Shown piece by piece: positions 1 to 12,379 of a stretch of 53,401 nt of DNA. A program made the position numbers and the translations under genes. The notes under the pieces are model-generated. The model ran no database searches, was not told where the DNA came from, and saw only the letters and a program-made list of their open reading frames with translations. The stretch's first letter is position 1, and each line of letters begins with the position of its first letter. The stretch is from Girardia tigrina (Eukaryota). The stretch spans positions 12,202 to 65,602 of the forward strand of contig MQRK01244698.1 of assembly GCA_001938485.1 (NCBI GenBank), in the 5' to 3' direction.

Positions 1-363
1 TTTGGGTCGAGATAATTAAATTAAATTAACAGGAAAATTTGTTTTAGAAATGTGAATTGTTATAGTAATAAATTTTGGTGTTAAAAAAATGAATTCTGAT
101 ATCGAGGTTGCAACCACTTCTCACAGCTTTAACACCATATTCAAATTAGATAAACTCATGCAAAAGATGTAAACAGTCCAAATTATCCAAGACCTTAGTT
201 GAATCGACCGGCAACCGACAAGCATTATAATATTGATCAAAACCCCCTATAAATTCNNNNNNNNNNNNNNNNNNNNNNNNNNNNNNNNNNNNNNNNNNNN
301 NNNNNNNNNNNNNNNAAATCTCAGCGGCCCCGGAGTGTAAGGGTGGCGCGCACCCAGTCTCAC

Positions 364-821
364 CTGGTGGTAGTTCTTGTAGGACGACACGTGCGTCATG
401 AGGCAGTGCGCCAGCTGATCGATCCAGTCCCATGCGCTCGTCACTTCCGTCGCCAACTTCTACAAAACAAAAAAAACCAGTCAAATCGAAAATCCGCCAA
501 AACAAAATATTCAGTCTCAATTCTGATCAATCGATCATAAATATCGACCTTCTTCGTCGAATAGAAATCCGGCAGCAATATCGAATTGATTTCCCGATGC
601 AATTGATCGATTGGACGACTTTCTCCCGTTATCGGAAAACAACTGAAATAATGATCGATTTCGTTGCTGAATTTGCCGAAATATTTCTCGATCGATGTTA
701 TTTCGAGACAATTTTTCATGACTTCTTCTCTCAACATATCCGAAACATCGGGTTCGATGTGTCGGTGTTTGGCGATCTCTTGCAATTCATTGAGAATATA
801 ATCGCTGTTGAAATGTAACAT
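364..821 (-). CDS. Plakin-domain (spectraplakin/plectin-like) gene, first two visible exons: 821-549 and 459-364; continues toward the window start
   Basis: The 96-nt exon 459-364 has a TTTGTAG acceptor and a CAG|GTGAGA donor and reads KLATEVTSAWDWIDQLAHCLMTHVSSYKNYHQ. This matches the plakin spectrin-repeat motif W-x-W-x-x-Q-L-x-x-C-x-x-x-H...Y-H/F-Q seen in Shot/dystonin/plectin. An 89-nt phase-0 GT..AG intron (548-460) joins it in frame to the ORF starting at ATG 821. Confidence 0.7.
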
Positions 822-1537
822 GATTCAATAAACAATTATTAATTCTCGTTTTTTTTTCAGGAATGTTTTTTGTCGTTAAGAATTCATTTGTAGCAAATAC
901 ATAAACAAATAATTTGAGGTCAATGTAATATTGATTCGTTTAAACAATCGCGTTAGTGTGAAATTGGAATGGATTTTTGTATCATGAAATTTAAAATTTT
1001 TCTATTTCCTATAGGTAATTTTAGTTTTTTTGAATTTATTTTGTAATTTTTTTTCTATGGAAAAAATTAAAGTTTTAAATAAGTTTTATATTTACTCTTA
1101 AATGAGTGATTCTTAAATATTTCGTAGAAAAAATAAATATATGTAAAATATATGTAAATTATATGAAAATATATGTAAATTAAAATCGGTAATATTTTTA
1201 TATTTCCGAAACAAAGACAAAAATTGTAAAATTTTGATAGTATTATTTTTTAATCATTTATTATTTAGATTACGATTTTAACAAGTAAACTTGAAATTCT
1301 TGTGAAGGTTATGTTAATAAATTTACTGATATGTATATAAGAAAATCGGTTCATGGAAGCTACACGGTAGATAATTAATATATAAAAGCTAAAACATGGA
1401 TTAGCTTTCTTTTTTTTGATTTAGAAAATATAAAGTTAACTAATTGATAGATGACAAACAATTAAGTTAAAATAATGACCAATTGTTAGGGTATTGGAGT
1501 AAATTAAATTTGTATTCAAATAAAGAAAACTATGAAT

Positions 1538-2335
1538 TGTAGCAATATAGTTGATATTGTTTTTGTTTAAATGATCATAAATGCGCGCAATTTGACTTGA
1601 CTGAAATCTCGCAGTGACATTGAATAAATATCTCGGTGTTGTTATTGTTTTTGCTCTTACAAGCTATCATCGGAATTATGTTGAAAATTCGTAAGTCGAT
1701 AAAAATTTTCGACGGTAAGAATTATGATGGGGTGACCTGGATGGAAAAATTAACGATCGTTGCGAAAATTACGAAGGAATGTGTAAGAGTCAAATATTTT
1801 ACGAGTTTAGGTCACCAAAGGTGGTTTTAGCAGACAATGAGAAAACTTTCATATCTGAGGCGTTTCAGGAGCTGTGTTAAGAGTGGAAAGTAAAGTTGCA
1901 TTTTCGATGCGCTTACAAGCCGAGCGGCATTGGCGTGGTCGAACGGGTGCATCGGACGGTAAAGAGAACAATGGCGAGAGCAGGCATAAACTCACGTGAT
2001 GCCGTTTATTGGTACAACGTCGCCCCTCGAACTGGAAAGAGGACATCTCCACAGGAGGAGCTGTTCCGGTACGGATGGAGGATGTTAAGACAGTGAGAGG
2101 TTCCACCGAATGTAGGAGACATCGAAGTGGGTTACACTATTGGTGAGCGGGTATACGGGAAACCTCCAAATTTTCGCTGTTCTGAAGCGTGGCAAAAAGG
2201 GACAATAACCGGCGTGAATTCCAATTTTAGCGTGAATGTGGACGGAATTCCTCGACACGTGAGAGATATAAGGAAAGTGAGCGTACCGATCAAGGATGCC
2301 GCTGAGTCATATCAGAATCAGAGTTGTTCCATTCA
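1538..2335 (+). mobile_element. Internally deleted Ty3/gypsy LTR element: short 5' LTR (1538-1661), atypical PBS (1662-1673), gag start, integrase C-terminal part
   Basis: TGTAGC...CTTACA LTR, then AGCTATCATCGG. gag N-terminus MLKIRKSIKIFDGKNYDGVTWMEKL. Integrase core end AYKPSGIGVVERVHRTVKR..AVYWYN. C-terminal GERVYGKPP..W.KGTIT..VDGIPRHVRDIR. Confidence 0.8.
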
Positions 2336-2672
2336 TTAATACGAAAATATATCAAATCTTTCAAGGAACGAAAAATTCATATATCTCCTGCTTGTAGATA
2401 AGGTGTCAATCCTCCTGGGATCAGGATCATTTCAACATTTCTCTTAATACAATGTTATTTTACTTGTAGGCCTAAATGAACTCGATGCGAATCCCCAATA
2501 ATACACTTACTGTTGCTTAAATCAATCAAAGGAAACATATTGTCGATCCACTTTATAATTAATTCTTGGTTAACCCAGTATTTTGATTGAGTAGTATGCA
2601 AGATACGATTTTGTTTACAAATAGAACTTCCATCCTTTCCTTTATGGATTACCAAAGGCATTGTCTTCCTAC

Positions 2673-4548
2673 TGTTGGATTCAATAAATTTCATTTTAAT
2701 TAAAGTAACTGTGGCTTCAATATCAACATATTATTTCGACATAAACCCCATCAGGTACCTCTTCCTGATATTGATAGATGGTCTATGCCATACCCAATTA
2801 TGTTCATCTGGCCCCATCCTTTCACCAGTGAACAAAATCAAGTATCTACCGGGTTCCTAATGATTGAAAATTTTGTTTGTTTTTTTTTGATCGGAATTCT
2901 GTTTCTTTATGTTCTTTAATATCATATGTTACATTCATTTATGAGTCCTTACCTAATTTAATTGATTATTTATTTGTTATTGAGGTTAGACTACTTATTT
3001 TTATCTTTTATATTTTTATAGATAGACCACAAGAGAAAAAACGCAATCAAATTCTAAATTTTGTTATTTGTTAATCAATCAAAAGAAAAATAAAAAAGGA
3101 AGAATCTGTTCATCGACATTAATCATCCGAGTCGGACGAAACCACAAATTTTTCGTTTTGGCCAGTTGTGATTGATCGGCACAAAAGGCGGTCACGATCT
3201 TCCTTCCATGTTTTGTACTTGGCTTCCCGATCTAACCATTTTTGCCTCCTGATCACTTCTTCAATACCAATCTTTGAAAGGGGTACGGCAATTTTATTAT
3301 CCATGCTGGGCTGTGGCGATCGGTCAATCCTCTTAAAATCGACACCACTTTCGTCCAGGATTTCTTGCTCTCCAACCACTGTGTCCAAACGCGTATGGGT
3401 TTTGATAAACTCCACTTCAATTCGCGCTTGTTAATCCAGTTGGGCTTTTCGTTTCCTTTGTTCTCGCCGTTTCTGTGTTCGGCTGATGATGCTCGGAGAA
3501 GAGGATGCCATATCTTCTCTTATTATTGAGGCGTAAACTGTTGATTTAGAGGTTGTAGGTTTGTTTCTTGGATCATCGACTATCTTAGTTTCCATGTTCC
3601 TAGCCGCCTCAACAATTAGCTCCGGGTGCTCTTGAGAAATTCGTTGGACCATTTTACGTTGACCGCTCATAATATTTTGTTGGATTCTCTCTTCATCAAC
3701 GTCCATTTGAAGTTTTTTATTTCTTTGTTGAGATTGAACATATTTTTCAACCATGGGTCGATGTACCGACATTGGGACTGACTGTCTTCTGTAGTCCTCA
3801 AACTCCGTATTGAGTCTCGATAATTTGGTCATTTGATTGCTTCAATACCTGGATTTCCTGAAGGAGCCGTTGATTTTCTTTCGATAGGGCTAGAATCTGC
3901 GACTCCTTTTTGCTCACCATAATTTGCATTCCTAAGAGAGAAGAGCGACAATGACGATGAATATTTCCTTTAACCATCAACACAAAAGAAAAACAAAGAG
4001 GAAAAAAGGTTGATAGAGGTTGGCGAGTTGAGCTCTTCATGGTAATATTATAGAATGTTTTGGGGAGTATTTCCTCCTCTTCAGCTGCCAGATCGTCAAC
4101 AGTCGCGGCAGGCACTAAAAGCACCTGCCGTTACCTGTCGACGGATCAGCGGCCATCAAAACCTCAACTCTCCATCCTCCATAAAACAAAAATTTTACCA
4201 AAAAAAAGGAATACATTTATTTTTATTATATTTCTACAAAAATCGAGCACATAGTTATACAAGAATCAAAACCCATCAAACCAAAATCAAGACATTCTCA
4301 TGAAAAAGAATACGTTACATGTCCAAAAATGTTACTGCAAGTATAACCTTACAGAAATTTAATAGGTACCCTTGTTAAATCAAAGTCTTTAGGTGTCCCA
4401 GAAAAATGATAATTAACAAGTACAATTAATTAAACAAGGAATGCGTGGGCGTCTATTAATTAATTTCTTCCATTAATTAGGTCATTACCATTAATCAATT
4501 AATTAAATAATTAAAATTGACGCCCAAGCAAATCCTGGGATCCCAACA
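2673..4548. mobile_element. 1.9-kb solo-LTR-like insertion with 4-bp TSD (CTAC)
   Basis: Termini TGTTGG...CCAACA. CTAC at 2669-2672 and 4549-4552. The flanking transposase frame is restored on removal. No internal direct repeat and no gag/pol motifs seen. Confidence 0.85.
3119..4156 (-). pseudogene. Spliced, coiled-coil/basic protein gene inside the solo LTR (exons 4156-4135 and 3931-3119; one frameshift, one stop)
   Basis: ATG GCC GCT GAT CCG TCG ACA G|GTAACG donor and CTCTTAG|GA ATG acceptor are both phase 1, giving MAADPSTGMQIMVSKKESQILALSKENQRLLQEIQVLK. The reading continues through ORFs 3832-3431 and 3415-3119. Confidence 0.6.
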
Positions 4549-5229
4549 CTACCATATATCCAAATAGAAATCAGTGCTGTTACTTTCATTGAAATGAAAC
4601 CAGTTGATTTCCTTACTACATGGCGTGCTCCAAGTAAATTCACAGTATGTGTTCTGGCATCCTCAAAAAATACTGCAGTTTCATCCATCATTAAAGTCTT
4701 TTTAATATTTAAATGAGGAAGACGATTTTTTAAATATTTCAAGTGATTTTTAAAAACTTAAATAGTAATACTAATAGGGTCGTGATACTATTTAAATAGT
4801 ATCACTAAAAATTTTTTAAATAGGTGATTATTATTTGGGTCGTGATACTATATGGGTTGGTGATACTAATTGGCGATATCCGTTAATAAATTTGATTTAA
4901 TTCTTGTTTCTTCTTTATCTTTCTACTCTTCTTTTATAATAGGCGATGATGCTGATTAGAATGTAATTCTAACTCCTTTCACACTCTTAATTACTTTAAA
5001 ATTCTTCTTAATTTTTTATAATCAAATTATTATTTTCATTTTTTAAAATAATTCTTCTAAATTTTTCCTTAATTATTTACATTTTAATTCTTAATTTATA
5101 TTATTATTTACTTGTTTTTAATAATTATTTTTTACTACAAAAGTAAATAAAAGAACTTCTATTTATAAATTAAAACAGATTTTAATATTTTAAATTTATT
5201 ATATTATATACTCAACACATTAAACAAAA

Positions 5230-5730
5230 ATGCAACAAATCACGAGAACAAAATCTGAAATTGATAAATGTTTAGAAGGGAATAATTAATGTTATTTTAG
5301 AAATCTATCACAAGTTATTAATTATTAAGAAGTGGATTAACATCGCCCTCAGTTAACCTTTAAGGTAGAAATTTGTTAGAAGTTGGTAACTTCGTAAAAA
5401 GTTGATATGGAGAATATAGTACAGTAAGAATAAATAATTGTGTATTTTCAGATTACCATGATATGAACTGTTGAAGAGGATATTTCTTAGAATGTTTTTA
5501 TAGATTTGCATCACGATGACAGAGGACTTCAATGGCTACGTGTAGAGGTTTCAGCGTTTGAAAATTTTTAGAAATTAACTGATAGTTTAACTGATCAGTT
5601 TTCTGATCAATTAGCATCGGTCATCCGCTCTTCAGTACATAAAAGAGACTTTGAAACTATGGACTCTAGTATCGCACTTTTAGAGAAGTGTGATTTTCTT
5701 CTCCAACCAAACAAACTTAGATTTGAGTAA
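5230..5730 (+). pseudogene. Decayed small two-exon gene remnant of unknown type
   Basis: ATG at 5230 after a TATA-like tract, and a GTAAG..TTTCAG intron near 5423-5451. The second part reads VFIDLHHDDRGLQWLRVEVSAF..LLEKCDFLLQPNKLRFE with internal stops. Confidence 0.3.
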
Positions 5731-5749
5731 CTGATAAAGCATGAATACG

Positions 5750-7600
5750 TTACATGATTTTCAGGTGGAGTGTGGTGTATCTAGATTGATGAAACGTTTT
5801 CAGGCTATTTAAAGATGAAATCGGACGGTGGTGAGTCGTTGAATACCATGTCATTGACAAGTGTGGGGTTGCAAACAAAAACACATTTAAGATGCTGAGC
5901 ACCCGTGACGGCTTCTGGGAATGTTTTGCCATCCGAGATAGATATATGGTAATTATTTGGTCCATTACTGTTCAATTGATATAGCGTGGGGTGAGTTTTT
6001 AAAAGTTTTGGAAAGTGCTCGACTACACAGTCTGTTTGTGGATGGAATACGGTTGTTCACAGTTTTTGTGTACCAAGGCTTTTCAACAGGTCCTGGAAGA
6101 GCTTGGATTCAAACTGTCTTCCTTAGTCTCTTAAAATACGCATCGAAGTGCTGAATTTTGAGATCTAGTTTTTAACATGTAATTTGAAAATTGAGTTTGT
6201 GTTGATGTTTCTCATAGGGAAAGCTTCCGGCCTGCGCGAATTTTGGTCTACAATAGTGAGTAAGTAAGTGTATCCTTCGGAATTGACTACGATTTGATCG
6301 GAAAGAATTTGTGTCGGGATAGTTTTTTTTGTGCCTGTAGTCTACCAGTAGATTTTAACTATCTAAAAAATATGCTCCAAGAATTGGTTCAGTGACTGAA
6401 GTTACTATGAAGGACCAGTCAAATGATTTATTGAGGTTGAAACTGGAGAACCATTGGCAGCGGTGAACAGCATTGTATTCTGTATAACATGTGGAAAGAA
6501 TTAGGTGGTAGGACGGAAAAGGATAAGCCTCTGTCAACAAGAAACACGGTTTGACTAGTGAGAGTTTGTACAGTGTTGCAGTGACTGTGAAAAGACTGCA
6601 GAAAGAAATCACATTCTGTGCATCTGCTGCAAACGATGAAAGGAGCTCTTAGTTTTTCGAAGTCTAGTAGGTACATATATTGATTCACTTATGGGTTTTT
6701 TTCTCGTTTTGGTGATGATAGATACTCATGGAACTTTCGTCAAAGGTCCTCGATCCACTAGCATCCGAGTTGGTATTTGCGAGCTTTGTCTCCAAATTTG
6801 TGGTGATAAAAGCACAATGTGCGAGGTAAACTGGTTGAACGTCCTATTCTGAATGCTTATCATGTGTGTTTGGGTCTGGAAAAGAGTGTTCTCAGATTGG
6901 TTACTTCCATATTTTTACCAATATTTGTGCCGTTAGAACTGCGATTTGATCATTTGCTAGAGTTTTGAGCTACTGTAGTCCATTAATGACCGTATCGGAT
7001 AATTTGGGTTCTGTGATGCACTGTAAATGAATTTTTTGGCGAATGAGTAACCATAATATTGCTTACTATTGTGACCAGTTCCTTCAAGTCCGTAATTGTG
7101 GTACCCACCAGTACCGCTTGGAGGAGGGAAGGAAGTACCTTGAGGAAAGATCTCTTTAGGACTGCTGTGTCCTTTCCACCTGTTATTCCCAAATGCAAAA
7201 CTTCGAGATCTAAGGTGACCCTTTCTAGGGATTTCGATGGTGTACTATTTCCTAAGAATTGTGATGTGAAATATTTAATAAAAATATCCTCGAAACTCGG
7301 CACAAGGACAGTAGTAGATGATGTTTCAGTTTCTTGTGTTGGGTATTCCAAAATATTCTTTTGTTAACCACTTTAAATAAGTTTTCAAATATAATCTGAC
7401 TATATTATCTGACTCCTTTTCAAACGGTTCTTCCAACTTTGTAATGAATGTATTAATTTGTTTAACCCTCTCTTGAAGGTTTCAATCTGACTCCTTTTCA
7501 AACGGTTCTTCCAACTTTGTAATGAATGTATTAATTTGTTTAACCCTCTCTTGAAGGTTTCAATTTCTTTGAATGAATCTCGTCAGAGATTATTTTTAAA
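5750..7600 (-). mobile_element. Degenerate CsRn1-like Ty3/gypsy element (gag, CHCC knuckle, protease, start of RT)
   Basis: Minus-strand CFYHHKFGDKARK(Y)QLGC near 6757-6816 fits the C-x2-H-x9-C-x3-C gag motif of the CsRn1 clade. gag-like ORF 7351-6983. Fragmented protease/RT-like segments down to about 5760. Confidence 0.65.
7407..7562. repeat. Perfect 78-bp tandem duplication
   Basis: ATCTGACTCCTTTTCAAACGG...GAAGGTTTCA occurs at 7407 and again at 7485. Confidence 0.95.
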
Positions 7601-7929
7601 ATAATAACAATAGAATTAAGTCAAAGGAATTCTTTTTAAAAAACTTTATTCGTTTGAATCACAAAATTCTTCTGATTAATACAAAGTATAACTAACAATG
7701 GAGGATTCCAAAAAAATCTTTTTGATTTAAATTTCACTTTCAAATTATGTGTGAGTTTTTTTTTGGAGTTAAAATATTTTATTTTGGGGTATTTATACCC
7801 ATTTTGAAAATAAAAAAATTGTCAGTGGGCACAATTGCCCAAATCATTTTTAAAATTTATTTTTATTAGTGCGGTGAGTTATGTTTTATTTTTTTTTGAA
7901 TTATATTTTTTTATAATATATGATATTTT

Positions 7930-8105
7930 TTTAAATAATAATAATTTTACTAATAATAATAATATAATAAAAATAATAATAATATTATAATAATAATGAT
8001 AAAAATACAAATACAACAAATAGTAATAAAAATAAAATAAATTAATATAATAATAATAATTTAGTAATAATAAAAATAATAATCATAAATAATAATCATA
8101 AATTA
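7930..8105. repeat. (AAT)n-rich low-complexity tract
   Basis: Degenerate AAT/AATAAA runs. Confidence 0.85.
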
Positions 8106-9396
8106 TTTCCTAAGCCTACAACGGCTTTTTCTAACTAAGCAGGAGTGCCTCCGTAATGAACGGGTCCCCTGCAAAGGAGGAAANNNNNNNNNNNNNNNNN
8201 NNNNNNNNNNNNNNNNNNNNNNNNNNNNNNNNNNNNNNNNNNNNNNNNNNNNNNNNNNNNNNNNNNNNNNNNNNNNNNNNNNNNNNNNNNNNNNNNNNNN
8301 NNNNNNNNNNNNNNNNNNNNNNNNNNNNNNNNNNNNNNNNNNNNNNNNNNNNNNNNNNNNNNNNNAATGAATAATAATATTATTTATATTGGAACTATTT
8401 TTTACAGGTAAAAGTTATCCCTATTAACTACCTGGAGTCCCTNNNNNNNNNNNNNNNNNNNNNNNNNNNNNNNNNNNNNNNNNNNNNNNNNNNNNNNNNN
8501 NNNNNNNNNNNNNNNNNNNNNNATCCACATTTTATTTTAATTATAATTTATTATTTTTTTATAATTTATATATTTTTGTTTTTTAGGAGAGTAAGTTTAC
8601 TTATTTATTTATTTTTAAAATTTGTTTTTTAAAATATTTTTATTAATTTCAGGACCTTAACACTTGTAAGGTTCTATGGTCTTACCAATGTCTGATATAT
8701 TTTGAGCGATAGATTTTGTCACATCGGCTGGGAGGATTGCAAGGGTGTAATGGAAAAGAAACTCATGTGATGTGATGCATTAGGTCTTGAAATGTAATTC
8801 CAGTAAATCGAACTTACATTTGAGACTGTCTCTCGCGTCTAAGAAATACAGAGAGGGGATGAAAGGAGTGAGATGAGGTTGTTCGTGTCTTCAGTCGAAA
8901 CAGGAGCATTCATTTCTCCTTGCAAATAAGGGTGGGCAAAAATATGAGCTCCTTCACTAATACTGTAGTCACTTAGAAAAAGATGTGATCGTAGAGGCTT
9001 TGGTTATTTAAGGAGCAAAAAAACGATTTACAGATGAATCAAACGAAGGAAGAAGAGAAAAAACAATGTTACTTTCATTCTGCGAGTAAATTTCGCAATT
9101 TGAAAGCTCATGTCATAAAAGAAGCGGTCGATAAATTCGAATGCGCTTACGATAAAATCGAGGAAAACCTTCAAATGTGTTCAGAAACTCCATCAATTGC
9201 TAAGAAAAATTTTTGTGATAGCACATCTTTGGGTAAACTATATTCTTTTCGCTCCTTGAACAGTGATTCTCACCAGTCCAATCCTAACAGTCCTTCTTTA
9301 CTTAAAACTCCATACAGAAATTCGAGTGAACTTGGCATAAAAACCATCGTCAATGGGCCTAAAAGAAAAACTGAAGTTCTTTCTGGTTCTCAGTAT

Positions 9397-10820
9397 TAAG
9401 TGGGGGCACGGTTTCGGCAATACTGATAAATTCTCTTGCTTATGTTAATATACAGTATATATAGGAAATAAATTATTGTTTTAATTTTTCTGCGTTTTCG
9501 TGAACGTTTTAAGTTTTGGTGGTCTGTTTTATTGGTGAATTTATCTGAAACAATTATCTACTAATTAATTAGAAACCTTGATATAAGTAAGTATTTCTTT
9601 TTTTCTTATTCAATACTAGAGGAAGCTGACACTGTCTTATTTATTCCAGGAAATTGTTGTGTCAAGTCTTGCTCCCAAAAGAAATAAAATTCCAACTACG
9701 AGGCAAAGTGCTTTCTATCATATATTTGTTAATGTATCTGAACTTGCTGAAAATACTCTTGCCACATATTGTGACGTCATTAAATATTATCTGCTTGTGA
9801 GAATAGAGCCTAGCGTACGTCATTCAAATGTTATAATAAAAGTTCGATCATTGTATAAAAAAGCTTCTATCCCAGGAGTGTCATATAAACCGTGTGTGGA
9901 TATACTACAGAATTACCATGAGAAATACAAGAAGATGCTAAAAAAATTACTGGAAGTTGAAAAATGAATAGAGTTAAAAGTTGAAGATATGGAATATTTT
10001 TTTGCAAATTCAAAGAGTTTCGTGCCTGTAAATGTGGAAAACCATTTATAGTTCCACCTGCAGAACAAGTTTTCTTTGTAAATTAGCGTACTGAGCGCAA
10101 TATGATCATTGAAAGCATTGATCCTGTAGGAACAAGGCTACTACGACAATAGAAGGAAAGAATGATGGAAGAAAACGGCAGATATTTTGAAAACAATACA
10201 ACAAGAACCTCATGCAATAAACAAAATGATAGTTCCTGCTGTTCTCAAAGTTCTAATGAAGAAATAACTTTCCATCGGATCCATCAACTTCAACAACATA
10301 GACTTTAAATGTAGCCTCTTAAAACAAGCTCAATTTATCCAAATTAGCTGCAACTTATGACATATATGGTTTTTTAGACAGAGCAGCTGCATCAATCACA
10401 ACCTCTGTTTTGAAAGATGTTGGTTTCGTAACGGAAGAAACACGGCACATTGTCACTGATAGAAGTAAAATCAAATGAGAAAAGAAGGGAAGAAGAGAAG
10501 ACATGAAAGAAATAACTAAGTACCATATTCTCCATGGACTTTACTTTGATGGGAGGAAATGTTCAATTAACTTCAAGGAATCTCTTATCACCGCACAAAA
10601 CAACAAGAGGAGCACTATACTATTTTCTCTGAGTCTGGTTCTCGTTATTTAGCACATGTGGTACCTGCATCTGGTGTCACAAAGAGTATTAAAAGTTCCA
10701 TTTCTACCTTCCTTGAAGAGAAAAAGGTTGATTGTGATAAGTTGGTTGTAGTTGAAAGTGATGGAACTACCACGAATACAAGAAGATTTGGTAGAGTAAT
10801 AACATAATAATTTCATACCG
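9397..10820 (+). mobile_element. Degenerate hATm-like transposase remnant
   Basis: Fragments read LYKKASIP, DRAAASITTSVLKDVG, LYFDGRK, EEHYTIFSESGSRYLAHVVP and VESDGTTTNT, matching the FDGRKD/EEH/DGTxxNTG motifs of hATm transposases; many stops. Confidence 0.7.
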
Positions 10821-10963
10821 AAATATGCCTCCATATACTAAAGTAGTCTTTTTTTTCTTAAAAACTTCAGGGTCCTCAAGACTCCCTAGGATGTTAACAG
10901 AGATCAACGAAATTTTTACTATCCAAAGTATCTCACTAGTTCCAAACTTTTTAGGTTTACCCA

Positions 10964-10986
10964 TATATATATATATATATATATAT
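10964..10986. repeat. (TA)n microsatellite
   Basis: Direct reading. Confidence 0.9.
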
Positions 10987-11174
10987 GTATACTTCGCTCC
11001 ACTCTCTTAATAAATAAAAGATATTCTTTATTTATAATAAAACCATATTAATTTTGTTTAAAGTATTTCATATTTTCTACTTTTTTGGATAATCAATGCA
11101 AGAAAGTCATCATTTATTTTAATTTAATTCTAGAAAAATTATTTTGAATTTTTAAATATAATATATATATTAGT

Positions 11175-11744
11175 GGCATATCCCCATAACAGTGAATCCC
11201 AAGACAGTGAATTACAAAACAGAGAATCTCAAAACAGCGAATCCCAAAACAGTGAATTACTTTCCAAATAGTAAAAAAGTCAATGAGATAAAAAATTTTA
11301 TTTTAAGGAAATCCCAACTTTAAATACACTGTCAAAATGTAATTGGTGTGCTTAAACCGAAAGAAATTCCACGAATAAATTCCATTACACAGATTTCACC
11401 ATTATCAAAACGCATTTGCAAGTTTGAAATAGGTTGACTTATTAAATTATAAATTTTATTTGCTTTGTTAATAACTTACCCTTTCTGTAAATGCTTGTTC
11501 CTTTATTATGCATGATATTAAATCATAAATATTCGGGTGATGCTTAACAACTAAATTATTGAAAAGGTTGTACCACCCTTCAACATCATTGTTAGTGCAC
11601 CATCTAATGCCATACATATTCCACATTTCTTATCAACATAAATATTTCTCCAATTTAAATGTCAAAAATCTCATTTTAAAATAAAAATTCCTTTCGCTGT
11701 TTTTGGATTCACTGTTATGTAATTCGCTGTTTTCGTGTATAACC
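11175..11744 (-). mobile_element. Internally deleted MULE (Mutator-like) element with 15-bp subterminal tandem repeats and 8-bp TSD
   Basis: GG...CC ends. TSD ATATTAGT at 11167-11174 and 11745-11752. Repeat units like AAAACAG(C/T)GAAT(C/T)(C/A)C in inverted orientation at the two ends. Minus-strand remnant CTNNDVEGWYNLFNNLVVKHHPNIYDLISCIIKEQ is the MULE transposase C-terminal motif. Confidence 0.85.
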
Positions 11745-12379
11745 ATATTAGTATCGGAATCTTTTTTGTATGTCTTCCATTTGAATTTGTATAAATAATA
11801 TTCAAAAAATATTTATACAAAATGATAAAATTTTTATTAGAGGCCAAACAGACACAAGCCAAACGTCGTTAGGCAAAACTGCGGTGGTCAAACATAGAGT
11901 ACCGAACTTTCTTGAATTATTGTTTGAAATAATAAAAAAATTATTCTATAATCGCTAGGCGATGTAGAGTTAAAAGGAAAAGGAGATAATACAAAATAAT
12001 TTTTTTATTTAAAGAAACTAATTAAAGGTTTTTTAATATAGTTGTGACCCATAAAAATTTACAATAAAGGAAACATTACATTGACTATCAGTAATTCTTA
12101 TTGGTTTAATTATATACCTTTTATTTAAATAAATTAATAAATATTCGGTGGTCAAAGACATTATAGTAAAGAGACAATGACTTTAACCCCCGGATGCAAA
12201 TTTATATTCAAACTTGTAAGTCAATCCCAAAATTAAAAGGCAACAAAATATATGTATTCACACCTGAATAACATTTTACATATTAAAATACAAAGTTAGA
12301 TGCTTTTGTTTATGGTATTAAATATTACAAATGTATAAAATCAAACATAAATACAAGCAAACTCAGACCCAACGTCTAA

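Larger units (their letters stand above)
2340..4883 (-). mobile_element. Degenerate pogo/Tc2-type DNA transposon (DDE_1 transposase), interrupted by the insertion at 2673-4548
   Basis: Motifs MMDETAVFFE (4503-4742 ORF), IGDSHRVH and IPGGLTPYLQAGD (about 2380-2670). Removing the insertion and one TSD copy restores in-frame ISIWIYG-RKTMPLVIHKG. Tc2-like terminal and subterminal GTGATACTA repeats at 4777-4883. Confidence 0.8.

Noticed and set aside
9034-9399. 121-aa ORF as a host gene
   Set aside because: No recognisable domain; lies between TE relics and is probably a transposase tail.
11186-11260. Short regular repeats as a possible CRISPR array (also the 46938-47331 and 53270-53401 repeats)
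   Set aside because: No unique spacers or cas genes; eukaryotic context; explained as TE subterminal, exon-intron or minisatellite repeats.
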